DNA of 64,000 nucleotides. Source: an uncultured bacterium. GTDB taxonomy: Bacteria > Verrucomicrobiota > Lentisphaeria > Victivallales > UBA1829. Each line of letters begins with the position of its first letter. The first letter of the stretch is position 1. Both the position numbers and the translations under genes were made by a program. The DNA lies in contig CACYHQ010000012.1 in assembly GCA_902774245.1 (NCBI GenBank), positions 2,158 to 66,157 on the forward strand. Direction: 5' to 3'. A model generated the notes under the pieces. It was given only the letters and a program-made list of their open reading frames with translations. It was not told where the DNA came from and searched no databases. Positions 24,784-34,251 of the stretch are shown here, piece after piece.

Positions 24784-27395
24784 CCGCTTCCCTCCGCCGT
24801 ATCTTCGCCGTCGCCTCGCGCGAGTTCTTCGCAAGCCTCGCATCGCCCGCCGCGTGGGTTTTCCTCGTGATCTTCCTCGTCATGGCGAACGTCTGCACGT
24901 TCGTCTTCAGCGACATCCTCGCGCTCGGACAGGCCGAGCTCGGCCCGTTCTTCAACTGGATGCCGTGGCTGTTCATGTTCCTGATGCCCGCGCTCGGCAT
25001 GCCGCTCTGGGCGGAGGAACGCCGCGTCGGAACGTTCGAGCTGACCTTGTCCTACCCGATCTCGCTCTGGGAACTCGTCTTCGGCAAATACCTCGCGGGC
25101 ATGGCGCTCGTCGCGACGGCGCTCGCCCTGACCCTGCCGGTCCCGGTCACCATCGCCGTGCTCGGCCAGCCCGACGTCGGTGCGATCGTCTGCGGCTATG
25201 CCGGGGCGCTTCTGGTCGGATCGGCGTTTTTAGCGGTCTCGAGTTTCTGTTCCGCGCTCTCGAAAAGCCAGACGGCCAGCTTCCTGCTCGCGCTTCTGTT
25301 GTGCGCGCTGCTGATGTTTACCGGCTGGGACCGCGTGACGGGCCTGCTGTACCAGTGGCTCCCGGAAAGCGTCTGCCGCCTCGTTTCCTATTGCACGGTC
25401 GTGCCGCATTACCAGGCGTTCCAGCGCGGCCTCTTCGATACCTCCGAGCTCACCTACAGCATCCTGATCACGCTGCTTTTCCTCTACTTCGCACGGACCG
25501 TGCTGGCCTACGCGGCGTCGGGCGGCGGCGGACTCTTCCTCCCCGGCGCGCTCCGCGACCGCTACACGTGGAAGAACGTCCTCTCCATGGCGCTGTCGTT
25601 CGTGATCGCCATATACGTCTTCATCTGTCTCGCGCTCACCGCCGAGGCGTTCCGCATCCGCATCGACTGCACCGCCGACCGGGCGTATTCGCTCTCGCCG
25701 GAGGCACGTTCGCTGGCGCGTTCGCTGGACCGCCACGTGACCGTGCGCCTGTACGTCTCGCCGCCGGGCGCGGACACGCCGAAAGACCTGCTGGGCTACG
25801 CCGAACGCGTGAAATGGCTCCTGCGCGAATTCAGCAAGGAAGCGGGCGGCAAGGTCACGCTCGAGATCATCTCGCCCGCCCCGGACACACGCGAGGAGGA
25901 GGCCGCGATCATCGAGGGGCTTCAGCCCGCAAAGAACGCCGGCGGCGACCGGTTCTTCCTCGGCATGACCGTTTCCGCCGGACAGCTCTGCCTCGCCGCG
26001 CCGTTCCTCTCCCCGAAAAATGAATCCATGCTCGAATACGAGCTTCTGCGGCGCGTGATGCACGCGCAGAACCCGAAACGCCCCGTAGTCGGCGTGATGA
26101 GCCCGTTCCCCGTGCTCGGACGCGCCCCGTCGCCCCAGACCGGCAGTTCCGGCGCGGCGGCCTGGTATCTCTTCACCGAGCTGAACAAGGATTATACACT
26201 GACGGAGATCCCCACGGACCTGAAGGAGATCCCGGACGGCCTGGACGCTCTGCTGGTGGTGCATCCGCACGAGTTCGACAGGCGGACGCTTGAGGCGATC
26301 GACAATTATCTGGTGAATGGCGGCCGCATGGCGGTGTTCGTGGACCCGCTGTCCGCCTACGCGCTCGCCTCGGCACAGAAGGACTACACCTATGTGAACA
26401 TGACCGACTCCACGCTGGAGCCGCTCCTCTCGAAATGGGGCGTGGCGTATTCCCCGTCGCGCCTCGCCGCCGACATGAATTTCAAGTACGACCAGCTGGA
26501 CCGCAACGGCGTTCGCCGGACGATCCCGACCGCGCTCCTCATCAACGAGGCGGGCATCGACCGCGGCAATCCGGTCACGGGCGGCCTGACCTCGCTGCGC
26601 ATGAACTACGCCGGATTCTTCGACCTGAAAAATCCGGCACGCACACTGACGTTCGAGCCGCTGGTCTACACGACCGACTACTCCATGGTCGCGGACGTGG
26701 CGGACCAGCCGGAAAAGATCCTCGCCGACTTTGCGGCCCCCGGAAAGCATTCCGGTGAAAAACTCAATCTGCTCATGCACATCACGGGGCAGTTCCCGAG
26801 CGCATACGATTCGGAAGAAAACGACGCCAAGCCCGGCGAAGTCTACCTCTTCGGCGACGCCGACATGCTGTTCCACGACGCATGCGTCGCGCAGGCGAAG
26901 GACGAGTTCGGGCAGACCATCGTGGTACGCAGCAACGACAACATCACGCTCATGGAAAACGTGGTAGAATCCCTTTGCGGCGGCGGCCGTCTCTCCTCGC
27001 TCCGCAGCCGCATCCCCATGTCCCGTCCGCTCACGCGCATCAACGAAAGCCAAATGCGCGCCGACCTCGCGTTCAAGGACCGCATCCTCGCGCTCGCCGA
27101 GGAGTCCATGCGGCTGGAAGACCGTGTGGAGTCGATCCGCAAACAGCTGATCGTGAGCGGAGGCGCGGCACGTCTGACGCAGGAACAGCGCGAACTGCTC
27201 AACACCTATGAACAGAAGGACGCCGCGCTCAAACGCGAAATCCGCGAAATCCGTCTCCAGCTGCGGCAGGACCTCGACCGCATCAACAACACGGTCCGCC
27301 TTATCAACATCGTCCTGATCCCCGCGTTCGTCATCCTCTGCGGCATCGTCTGGAGCATCGCTCGCAAACTCAAATGGAAACGGCACATCTCATGA
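24780..27395 (+). CDS. fused ABC-2 permease (GldF-like) plus GldG-like auxiliary domain protein
   Basis: ATGA start/stop overlap at 24780-24783. The N-terminal ~240 aa form a permease (EERRVGTFELTLSYPIS). The large periplasmic GldG-type domain follows (VTVRLYVSPPG...KVTLEIISP), ending in a coiled coil and a C-terminal TM. Confidence 0.75.
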   Translation: MTASLRRIFAVASREFFASLASPAAWVFLVIFLVMANVCTFVFSDILALGQAELGPFFNWMPWLFMFLMPALGMPLWAEERRVGTFELTLSYPISLWELVFGKYLAGMALVATALALTLPVPVTIAVLGQPDVGAIVCGYAGALLVGSAFLAVSSFCSALSKSQTASFLLALLLCALLMFTGWDRVTGLLYQWLPESVCRLVSYCTVVPHYQAFQRGLFDTSELTYSILITLLFLYFARTVLAYAASGGGGLFLPGALRDRYTWKNVLSMALSFVIAIYVFICLALTAEAFRIRIDCTADRAYSLSPEARSLARSLDRHVTVRLYVSPPGADTPKDLLGYAERVKWLLREFSKEAGGKVTLEIISPAPDTREEEAAIIEGLQPAKNAGGDRFFLGMTVSAGQLCLAAPFLSPKNESMLEYELLRRVMHAQNPKRPVVGVMSPFPVLGRAPSPQTGSSGAAAWYLFTELNKDYTLTEIPTDLKEIPDGLDALLVVHPHEFDRRTLEAIDNYLVNGGRMAVFVDPLSAYALASAQKDYTYVNMTDSTLEPLLSKWGVAYSPSRLAADMNFKYDQLDRNGVRRTIPTALLINEAGIDRGNPVTGGLTSLRMNYAGFFDLKNPARTLTFEPLVYTTDYSMVADVADQPEKILADFAAPGKHSGEKLNLLMHITGQFPSAYDSEENDAKPGEVYLFGDADMLFHDACVAQAKDEFGQTIVVRSNDNITLMENVVESLCGGGRLSSLRSRIPMSRPLTRINESQMRADLAFKDRILALAEESMRLEDRVESIRKQLIVSGGAARLTQEQRELLNTYEQKDAALKREIREIRLQLRQDLDRINNTVRLINIVLIPAFVILCGIVWSIARKLKWKRHIS

Positions 27396-28612
27396 AAAAA
27401 CGCAGAGTCCTCATCATCCTTTTCCTCGCGGCCGTCACGGCGCTCGCCGTGGTGTCCGAGCTGCGTCTGCGCCGCGAATCCGCCTCGAACACAGCCTCCG
27501 CGCGCCTCGCCCTGCCGGAATTCCGCCCGGAGGACGTCCGTTCGCTCGAAATCTCCTGGCGCACGCAGAAAAGCACGCTGGACTTCGTGCAGGACGGCGG
27601 GTACTGGGCGGTGAAGGAACGCGCCGGGGCACAGGCTGCCTCCGCGCAAGTCGCCGACCTGCTGGAGGGCCTCGCGAAAGCCGCGCCGCTGAAGGAACTG
27701 GATATCTCCGGCATGAACGACCTCAGGGATTTGAACCTGGTCTCGCCGGAGGAGATCGCCGCGCCCGGCGCCGACCCCGCGCTGAAGAATTCCGAGGGCA
27801 TCCTCGCCGTTCTGCGCGACGCCAACGGCGCGGAACTGCTCCGCATTATGCTCGGACGCGGCCACACGCGCCTTGCCGCCGACCGCATCGGCAACCTCGC
27901 CGTGCAGGGCTACGACGGACGGTACATCCGCGTATGGTATCCCGACAAATCCAGCCGCGTCTTCCTCATTTCCCGCGTTTTCGAGAAATGCGTGCCGAAT
28001 CCGCGCCAGTGGATCGAACCGCTCTTCCTCTCCAAGCCGGAGAATCCGGTATACGCCCGGTTCCAGCGCAAACCTCCCGGCGCGGAGACCGCCGCGGTCG
28101 TTTGGTTCGTGAACTCGGGCAAGGACAATTTCGAGCTGCTCGTCCCCACGGGCGAGCTTGACATGGAGGCGTTCTCGCAGAAATACTCCGCGCTCGCCGC
28201 GCCGTTCTCCGTCGACCTCGTGCAGAATCCGCCGAAGGAACTGAAGTTCAACGACGCGTTCCAGACGGTCATGGGCGACGGATTCGCGTATCTGCTGGAA
28301 TTCGCCAAAGTCGAGGTCGACATGCCCGCCGAGAATCCCGACGCCGATGTCTACGCCGGCCGCATGACCGTCTCGTTCGATCCCGAAAGCGTGCACCGTC
28401 TCATCGGCGAGCCCGACGATGCGTTCGAGCAGCGGAAGAAACGCCTCGCGGCCCGCGCCGAATATGAAAAACGCACCGCGAACGGGCGCGTCTTCCTGCT
28501 GAAGACCGGACTGCTGGAGCTTCTGGCGCAGCCGCCCGTCAAGACCTTGAGGTCCGCCGCTCCGCGCGCCTCGTCCGCAAAAACTTCGTCCGACGCGAAA
28601 AAGGAGGAATAA
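27392..28612 (+). CDS. DUF4340-like protein (usual partner of GldG-type ABC systems)
   Basis: ATGA overlap at 27392-27395. N-terminal anchor MKKRRVLIILFLAAVTALAVV. The call rests mainly on position downstream of GldG and on size. Confidence 0.55.
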   Translation: MKKRRVLIILFLAAVTALAVVSELRLRRESASNTASARLALPEFRPEDVRSLEISWRTQKSTLDFVQDGGYWAVKERAGAQAASAQVADLLEGLAKAAPLKELDISGMNDLRDLNLVSPEEIAAPGADPALKNSEGILAVLRDANGAELLRIMLGRGHTRLAADRIGNLAVQGYDGRYIRVWYPDKSSRVFLISRVFEKCVPNPRQWIEPLFLSKPENPVYARFQRKPPGAETAAVVWFVNSGKDNFELLVPTGELDMEAFSQKYSALAAPFSVDLVQNPPKELKFNDAFQTVMGDGFAYLLEFAKVEVDMPAENPDADVYAGRMTVSFDPESVHRLIGEPDDAFEQRKKRLAARAEYEKRTANGRVFLLKTGLLELLAQPPVKTLRSAAPRASSAKTSSDAKKEE

Positions 28613-28613
28613 C

Positions 28614-30131
28614 ATGCCGAAATCCCTGCTCCAGTCTTTCCTCGCAGCCTGCGCCCTCCTCGCTTCCGTTTCCGTCATGGCGCAGACCGTCACGGACGTT
28701 CCTCTTTCCGACGCTGACGTCAAGATCAAGTCCGCCGCACAGAATGCCGCTCAGAATGCAGTCCAGAACGCGGCATCCGAGGCGGCGAAGAAGCTCCCGA
28801 CCGCCGAGGAGATCGCCGCGGAACGCGCCCGCCTCGAACGCATGCGCGCCGCTCTGGCCGCCGAACGCGCCGCTCTGGAAAAGTATAAAGCCGATCTCGT
28901 GCAGCGCCAGCAGGAAGCCGCCGCGGCAGCAGCAAAGGCGAAAGCCGACGCCGAGGCGAAAGCCAGGATCGAAAAAGCCATAGAGGAAAAAGAGATCGGG
29001 ACCGCCGGATCCGTCCCGCCGCCAGCGAAGGATGACCCGGTTTCGGTAAAAAACATGTCTCCGGAGGAACTTCAGCGGCAGCGCCAGCTGGCGATCGAAC
29101 GCGCCAAGGCGATCGAAAAGGCGGTCGCCGTACAAAAAGCCGCCGACGCGAAGAAGAAAGCCGCCGCGGCCGCCGCTTCAGCGGCGCAGACGACCACGCC
29201 GAAGGACAAGGACGTCGCGACCATGAAGCTCCGCAGGATCACGCAGAACAAAGTCAAATATGTGCACCTGCGCGACGTCGCGGTCAACTACGGCCTCACG
29301 TTCGCCTACACGAAAAACAAAGCGAACAAGGTCTCCGGCGCGGTCATCTACGACAAGACGCGCAAGGCGATCTTTTCCTCCTCATACCGCGACGGCACGG
29401 TCAACGGCGTTCAGGTCTATTTCCTCTACCCGATGCTCATCAAAAACAGCGAACCGTACATATCCGAGGTCGATTTCCTGACCTGCCTCGACCCGCTCCT
29501 GCGCTACAAGACGGCGGTCAAGCTCGGCATGAAGACCATCATGATCGACGCCGGGCACGGCGGCTCCGATCCCGGCGCGATCAACGGCGCGCACAAGGAG
29601 AAAGTCTATACGCTGCAGATCGCGAAACGCCTCCAGACCCAGCTCGAAAAACTCGGATTCCGCGTGATCATGACGCGCACCGGGGACACGTACCCCACGC
29701 TTCAGGAACGCGCCGCGCTATGCAAGAAGTACAAGCCCGATCTCTTCATCTCCATCCACTGCAATTCCTCCACGAACAAGACCCCCGCCGGGATCGAGAC
29801 CTACCGCGCGGTCCCCGTCGGCGGCACCGAGACGAAAGGCTCCAAGGTCAAGACGGAAAAGCAGTCCGCGAACGAGTTCGACGCCAACAATTCGCGTCTG
29901 GCCTACGAGATCCAGAAGGGCGTGCTCGCGGCGACCGGCGGGACCGACCGCGGCACCCGTCATCAGGCGATCTACGTGACCGGAAACGCGACCTGTCCGG
30001 CGGTCCTGGTCGAAGTCGGCTATCTCTCCAACGAGGCCGAAGTCAAGAAGATCGCCTCGCCGGACTACCAGAACAAGATCGTCTCCGGCATCCTCGCCGG
30101 ACTCGCCGGATACGGCTCTTTCCTCCGCTGA
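28614..30131 (+). CDS. N-acetylmuramoyl-L-alanine amidase (Amidase_3) with a long TolA-like helical N-terminal region
   Basis: Signal peptide, then AAERARLERMRAALAAERAALEKYKADLVQRQQEAAAAAAKAKADAEAKA. C-terminal IMIDAGHGGSDPGAI...DLFISIHCNS...GIETY is an AmiA/B/C-type catalytic domain. AAGGAGG SD is present. Confidence 0.85.
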   Translation: MPKSLLQSFLAACALLASVSVMAQTVTDVPLSDADVKIKSAAQNAAQNAVQNAASEAAKKLPTAEEIAAERARLERMRAALAAERAALEKYKADLVQRQQEAAAAAAKAKADAEAKARIEKAIEEKEIGTAGSVPPPAKDDPVSVKNMSPEELQRQRQLAIERAKAIEKAVAVQKAADAKKKAAAAAASAAQTTTPKDKDVATMKLRRITQNKVKYVHLRDVAVNYGLTFAYTKNKANKVSGAVIYDKTRKAIFSSSYRDGTVNGVQVYFLYPMLIKNSEPYISEVDFLTCLDPLLRYKTAVKLGMKTIMIDAGHGGSDPGAINGAHKEKVYTLQIAKRLQTQLEKLGFRVIMTRTGDTYPTLQERAALCKKYKPDLFISIHCNSSTNKTPAGIETYRAVPVGGTETKGSKVKTEKQSANEFDANNSRLAYEIQKGVLAATGGTDRGTRHQAIYVTGNATCPAVLVEVGYLSNEAEVKKIASPDYQNKIVSGILAGLAGYGSFLR

Positions 30132-30160
30132 AGCCGGACGTCCGCGCTTTTTTTCACGCC

Positions 30161-31525
30161 TCAGAAACCGAGGAGCTTCCCGATGCCGTTCAACAGGACG
30201 GACAGGAACCGGTCGAGGCCGCTCCCGAGGACTTCCTTTTCGTTGCGTCCGACCAGGTTCTGCGTGAGGAACGTGCCGCCGCAGAGCTTGTAGTCGAGGA
30301 GCGAGGTCATGCCGCGGAAATACGCCCAAAACGTCTGCGTGCGGCAGAGGGAATACGCCGCGCCTGGCACGTAGCCGACGAGCACGCCATCCTCGATCTT
30401 GTGGACCGCGGAGGAACCCGGCTCGATCCGCTGGACGTCGATGCCGCGTCCGCCGATGATGAAGATCGTGCCGGTCCCGAAGAAGACGATGTGGCGCAGG
30501 CGCATGGAAATGAGGTTGTGCAGTTTGAAACTCCAGATCGTGCGGACCTCCACGTCGTCGGTCAGACCGATCACGTGCCGCGGCGTCAGGACCAGCCCCG
30601 GACCGCCGTTCAGTTCGATCTGCTGGATGTAGACCTCGTCGTCTTTGGGGGACGTCAGCTTGATCTGGCCGGGATTCTTCGCGCCGGGTTCATTGCGGTA
30701 GGCAAGCAGTTCCACCAGGTCGGACGCGATGGACACAAGCGGCGCGCCCCAGCGCCACATGAACTTGGTTCGGCATGTCACGTCGCGTCGTTCCTTGCCC
30801 CAGTCGCCGCCCTGCGCCCGCAGGTAAAACTTACGCCCCTCGGGAATCGTGAACGTGATGCTTCGGGCGGCACGGTAGAACACAGGCTCGCGCGCATCGC
30901 CGTCCCTGACCTTGATGCGGATCGGCGGAAACCTCTCAATGAGCGCGGCAACACAGTAATACATGAACACGAGCCACAGCGGCGGGGTGAGTAGCACGAA
31001 GCAGATCGTAAAAAGAAGGATGCGAAGGCCGTTCGTGTTCCACTCGTTCGAGACGGATTCCGTGAGGGATTGTGTCACGCTTTCGAGCTGGAACACCAGC
31101 ATCTGACGGTTTTTGTCAAGCCGGTCGATCGTATCCTTGTACCGCGAGATTGCGTCTTCCAGCGTGTCGATCTGAAGTTCCAGACGCTTCTGTTCGGCGG
31201 TAAGGCGGGCGTACTCGGACCAGTGGTCAATCGGATGCCGCCACGGGCTTGGCAGGGCGTCGATCTGTTCCAGGATTTCCCGCCGCTGTTTGCGCCAGTG
31301 ATCGAGCATGGAATGACGGCTTTCGAGCGATTCCTTCGTCTTTGCGATCTCCTCCTCGGCCGATTTGATGCCGGCAAGGAGCGCGTCGCGCTGTTCCGAG
31401 AGTCTCAGCGCGTTGTCCTTCGCAACGCGGATCCCCGGCGACAACAGGCACAGGATCACAGTGATCGCGGCGATCGTAAGAATGTTCCGCAGGATCCATG
31501 CGATGATTTTTCCGATGAGTGCCAT
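30161..31525 (-). CDS. membrane protein: TM, coiled coil, TM hairpin, then an AIM24-like beta-rich C-terminal domain
   Basis: N-terminal TM IIAWILRNILTIAAITVILCLL, about 140 aa of heptad-like sequence, then a second hydrophobic pair. The C-terminus FFGTGTIFIIGGRGIDVQRIEPGSSAVHKIEDGVLVGYVPG...GGTFLTQN resembles AIM24/DUF124. Confidence 0.5.
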   Translation of the reverse strand: MALIGKIIAWILRNILTIAAITVILCLLSPGIRVAKDNALRLSEQRDALLAGIKSAEEEIAKTKESLESRHSMLDHWRKQRREILEQIDALPSPWRHPIDHWSEYARLTAEQKRLELQIDTLEDAISRYKDTIDRLDKNRQMLVFQLESVTQSLTESVSNEWNTNGLRILLFTICFVLLTPPLWLVFMYYCVAALIERFPPIRIKVRDGDAREPVFYRAARSITFTIPEGRKFYLRAQGGDWGKERRDVTCRTKFMWRWGAPLVSIASDLVELLAYRNEPGAKNPGQIKLTSPKDDEVYIQQIELNGGPGLVLTPRHVIGLTDDVEVRTIWSFKLHNLISMRLRHIVFFGTGTIFIIGGRGIDVQRIEPGSSAVHKIEDGVLVGYVPGAAYSLCRTQTFWAYFRGMTSLLDYKLCGGTFLTQNLVGRNEKEVLGSGLDRFLSVLLNGIGKLLGF

Positions 31526-31544
31526 GGCGTATCCGGGGTTAAAT

Positions 31545-31574
31545 AAAAAAAGCTGTACTTACCGGGGAAACAGC
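31545..31574 (-). terminator. weak hairpin plus T7 run after the O-antigen-ligase-like gene
   Basis: Reverse strand: GCTGT (13-nt loop) ACAGC followed by TTTTTTT. Confidence 0.35.
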
Positions 31575-31626
31575 AGGGATACCAGAGAATAGAATACACA
31601 CATTTGGTTTCTTGTCTCTGCTTATC

Positions 31627-33156
31627 CTACTGCGTTTGAAGATTCGATTGTCCGGGATCCGTATCCTCCGCAATGGATACAGAAGAAACAACGGAGATTT
31701 GATTTTTTTCATCCTGATTTGCAGAGGCCACCGCATCAGTCCGGGATACGACGCCATGATTATTCTCTTGAAGCGGAGTCACAGGATGTCTTCGTCTGCT
31801 TTTTTTCAGCTGCTCCTGCATTTGTTTGTTTGCAAGACTCTTCTGATAAGCTTTTTTTATGTTTTTCCGGTTGACGGCAATAACACCAATAAGGGCATAT
31901 AAAACCATTTGTCCGGCAAAATTGTTGAACTGTTTCAAACTCCACTCCAGGGTGGAGTGCCAGTAATTGCAGGTCAATCCGCCGAATAGGCCGATCACAA
32001 TACCGGAACACGGCTTTTTTCGCAGATAGAACATACTGATAATATCAGAGAGATAGTAATACAAAAACCAAAGAAGAAGTACAACAAGCCCCCACCAGCC
32101 GCACTCGGCGGCAACCAGCAGATAAATTGTTTCGACAACGGGGCCATCGCTGACATAGTTCTCATTCTGTTCTTTTGCATAATCCCATCTGGTACTGGAG
32201 TACTCAGAGAAGTTGTTTGCCCCGACGCCAAATCTAAAATCATTGGCCATACGTCTGGCGGCAATGGCAAGATAGATTCTAGTGTTTTTGGATGCTTCCG
32301 GGGCCTTTGTAAATCGCTGGATAATTCGGGGCAATGCATAGCCAACAACACTCAGCATGACGATCAAACCGATCAGCATGAGAGTCAGGCGTCTGACGGA
32401 GAATCCGTTAAAAAGGATCGAAAGCGCGCAAACAATGGCTATGCCTCCAAAATAAACGACAAGTCCGCCGCGGGAATATGTAAAAAGAATCAGAAGAACA
32501 GAGCCGCCGAACGCAAATAGACAGAGCACGAACAGAATCCTGCTTATTTGCTCGTTCATCAGGACGCCAAGGGCGAGAAGTCCGAAGAGTTCAAGGTACA
32601 GTGAAAGCGAATTCTGATGAGGAAACGTCGAATTGATCTGAAAAATACCCATCCTGTATTTCTGATAGAATCCGACAAGAAAAAGGATGATAAGAACTCC
32701 GCAAACCAAATAAATAAAATATGTCAGATCCTTGCTGTTGTTCAGATAATTGAATGCTGCCAGAAACGTAATGTACATCCAGAACATCTTGTAAACTTCA
32801 AAGCCCCATTGATGCATGTGGACAGCATTCATACCGGAAAGCAAAATGGAGAAATAATACAGAAAATATAAAAAGACCCCTGGCGGAAACAGCTTTATCT
32901 TGTATTTGATACTAAAGAACATGCTCAGCAGAAGCGGAACGGCAAAAAGAGATACGGCGGTAAACGCATAACCGCGCGCTGTACCGTGCCAGTCAGGCAT
33001 AGGTACGAAATTGAGCGAATACTCATTGCTGGTAAAATAGAACATTCCCCCAAAACAGATGTGCCGGAATACAGGAAACATGCAGCATAATACCGTCATA
33101 ATCGGTATTACATACAGAAAAATAAACAGGAATGCTACGATTTTGATTACCGACAT
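31627..33156 (-). CDS. O-antigen ligase/polymerase family (Wzy_C-type) membrane protein
   Basis: At least 10 predicted TM segments. The loop LLILFTYSRGGLVVYFGG is typical of Wzy_C/O-antigen ligase proteins. The hydrophilic C-terminal tail is visibly AT-rich. Confidence 0.7.
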   Translation of the reverse strand: MSVIKIVAFLFIFLYVIPIMTVLCCMFPVFRHICFGGMFYFTSNEYSLNFVPMPDWHGTARGYAFTAVSLFAVPLLLSMFFSIKYKIKLFPPGVFLYFLYYFSILLSGMNAVHMHQWGFEVYKMFWMYITFLAAFNYLNNSKDLTYFIYLVCGVLIILFLVGFYQKYRMGIFQINSTFPHQNSLSLYLELFGLLALGVLMNEQISRILFVLCLFAFGGSVLLILFTYSRGGLVVYFGGIAIVCALSILFNGFSVRRLTLMLIGLIVMLSVVGYALPRIIQRFTKAPEASKNTRIYLAIAARRMANDFRFGVGANNFSEYSSTRWDYAKEQNENYVSDGPVVETIYLLVAAECGWWGLVVLLLWFLYYYLSDIISMFYLRKKPCSGIVIGLFGGLTCNYWHSTLEWSLKQFNNFAGQMVLYALIGVIAVNRKNIKKAYQKSLANKQMQEQLKKSRRRHPVTPLQENNHGVVSRTDAVASANQDEKNQISVVSSVSIAEDTDPGQSNLQTQ

Positions 33157-33195
33157 AAGAATCCGCCGGGGTACAGATCAGAACAACGTATTATT

Positions 33196-34251
33196 TCAGA
33201 GATTGAAATAACCGAGGATGGAGGAACCGAACGGACCCGCCAACAGATTAACAAGCTGAAGTGTCGGCAAAATCTTCCGGATAACGGTATTCCATTTTGT
33301 GAATCCATCCTGCGGCACATAGATGATGTCATTCGCGTTCAGAGCAAAATCCTTCATCTTTCCGTTCAGGATCTTATCTATATTGACAGTATAGACCACA
33401 GTATTCTCCTGACCGCCGCGAATGACCCGAATGAAGGAACTGTATGTTTCGGACCGCAATCCCCCCACGTACGACAGTCCCTGCATCAGGGTCATCCCTT
33501 CGGTAAAACCGACATAGGAATTGCTGCCGACTTCTCCCAGGAAGATAATATAACCGCTCATCGTGGACGGCACATAAATGTAGTCTCCGTTCAGGACGGG
33601 AATATTATGAAGGTCATCGCCCTCATAGACAAGTTTTTTGAAATCCACGGGCAATCTTCTGCCGTCCCGTTTGATGTAGGAATTGTCCAAATCGGCAAGT
33701 TCCACGGTATCGTTGTGGAACACACCTCGTTCAAATCCGCCGGACAAGGCGATCGCGTCCAGCAGCTTCGTCTGTCCGAGAGAAACGGTATAATTTCCGG
33801 GCTTTACCACACGTCCCGCGATCGTAAAATAATATCCGCTCACTTCCTGAGGAGCCAGGGAAACGATTGGCGATCTCAAGTACTTGGTAAGCTGTTTCGC
33901 AATCAGGTCGGAGGCATCTTCCAGATTCAATCCGGACAATTTAATGATTCCGACCAAAGGCAAACTCGCCGTTCCGTCCGGAGCAATAATAAAAGAGGTA
34001 GAAAGCGAAGGCTGATTATAGACATTCATCGCAAAGGAATCGCCCGGATGAATCTCATATGGCGTAGGATTGACTACATGCAGCGCTTTCAGTTCTTCCT
34101 GGATGGCATAATAATCCTCTTCCGTCTTCGGTTCGACAGACGTCATCCCGGGAACGGCGATCCCCCCGAAGGGAGTGGTATTACATGCAGTTGCGACAAG
34201 GGAAATGACCGGGAAAAAGAGAAACAGAATCCTGTGGAATTTGGAAATCAT
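33196..34251 (-). CDS. polysaccharide export outer-membrane protein (Wza-like, Poly_export + SLBB)
   Basis: Lipoprotein-like leader ...SLVATAC. YEIHPGDSFAMNVYNQPSLSTSFIIAPDGTASLPLVGIIKLSGLNLEDASDLIAKQL matches the Poly_export motif. Confidence 0.85.
   Translation of the reverse strand: MISKFHRILFLFFPVISLVATACNTTPFGGIAVPGMTSVEPKTEEDYYAIQEELKALHVVNPTPYEIHPGDSFAMNVYNQPSLSTSFIIAPDGTASLPLVGIIKLSGLNLEDASDLIAKQLTKYLRSPIVSLAPQEVSGYYFTIAGRVVKPGNYTVSLGQTKLLDAIALSGGFERGVFHNDTVELADLDNSYIKRDGRRLPVDFKKLVYEGDDLHNIPVLNGDYIYVPSTMSGYIIFLGEVGSNSYVGFTEGMTLMQGLSYVGGLRSETYSSFIRVIRGGQENTVVYTVNIDKILNGKMKDFALNANDIIYVPQDGFTKWNTVIRKILPTLQLVNLLAGPFGSSILGYFNL

Noticed and set aside
30133-30157. Terminator between the amidase gene and the convergent AIM24-like gene
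   Set aside because: CGGACGTCCG is a loop-less palindrome that can form only about 3 bp of stem. The T7 run alone is insufficient.
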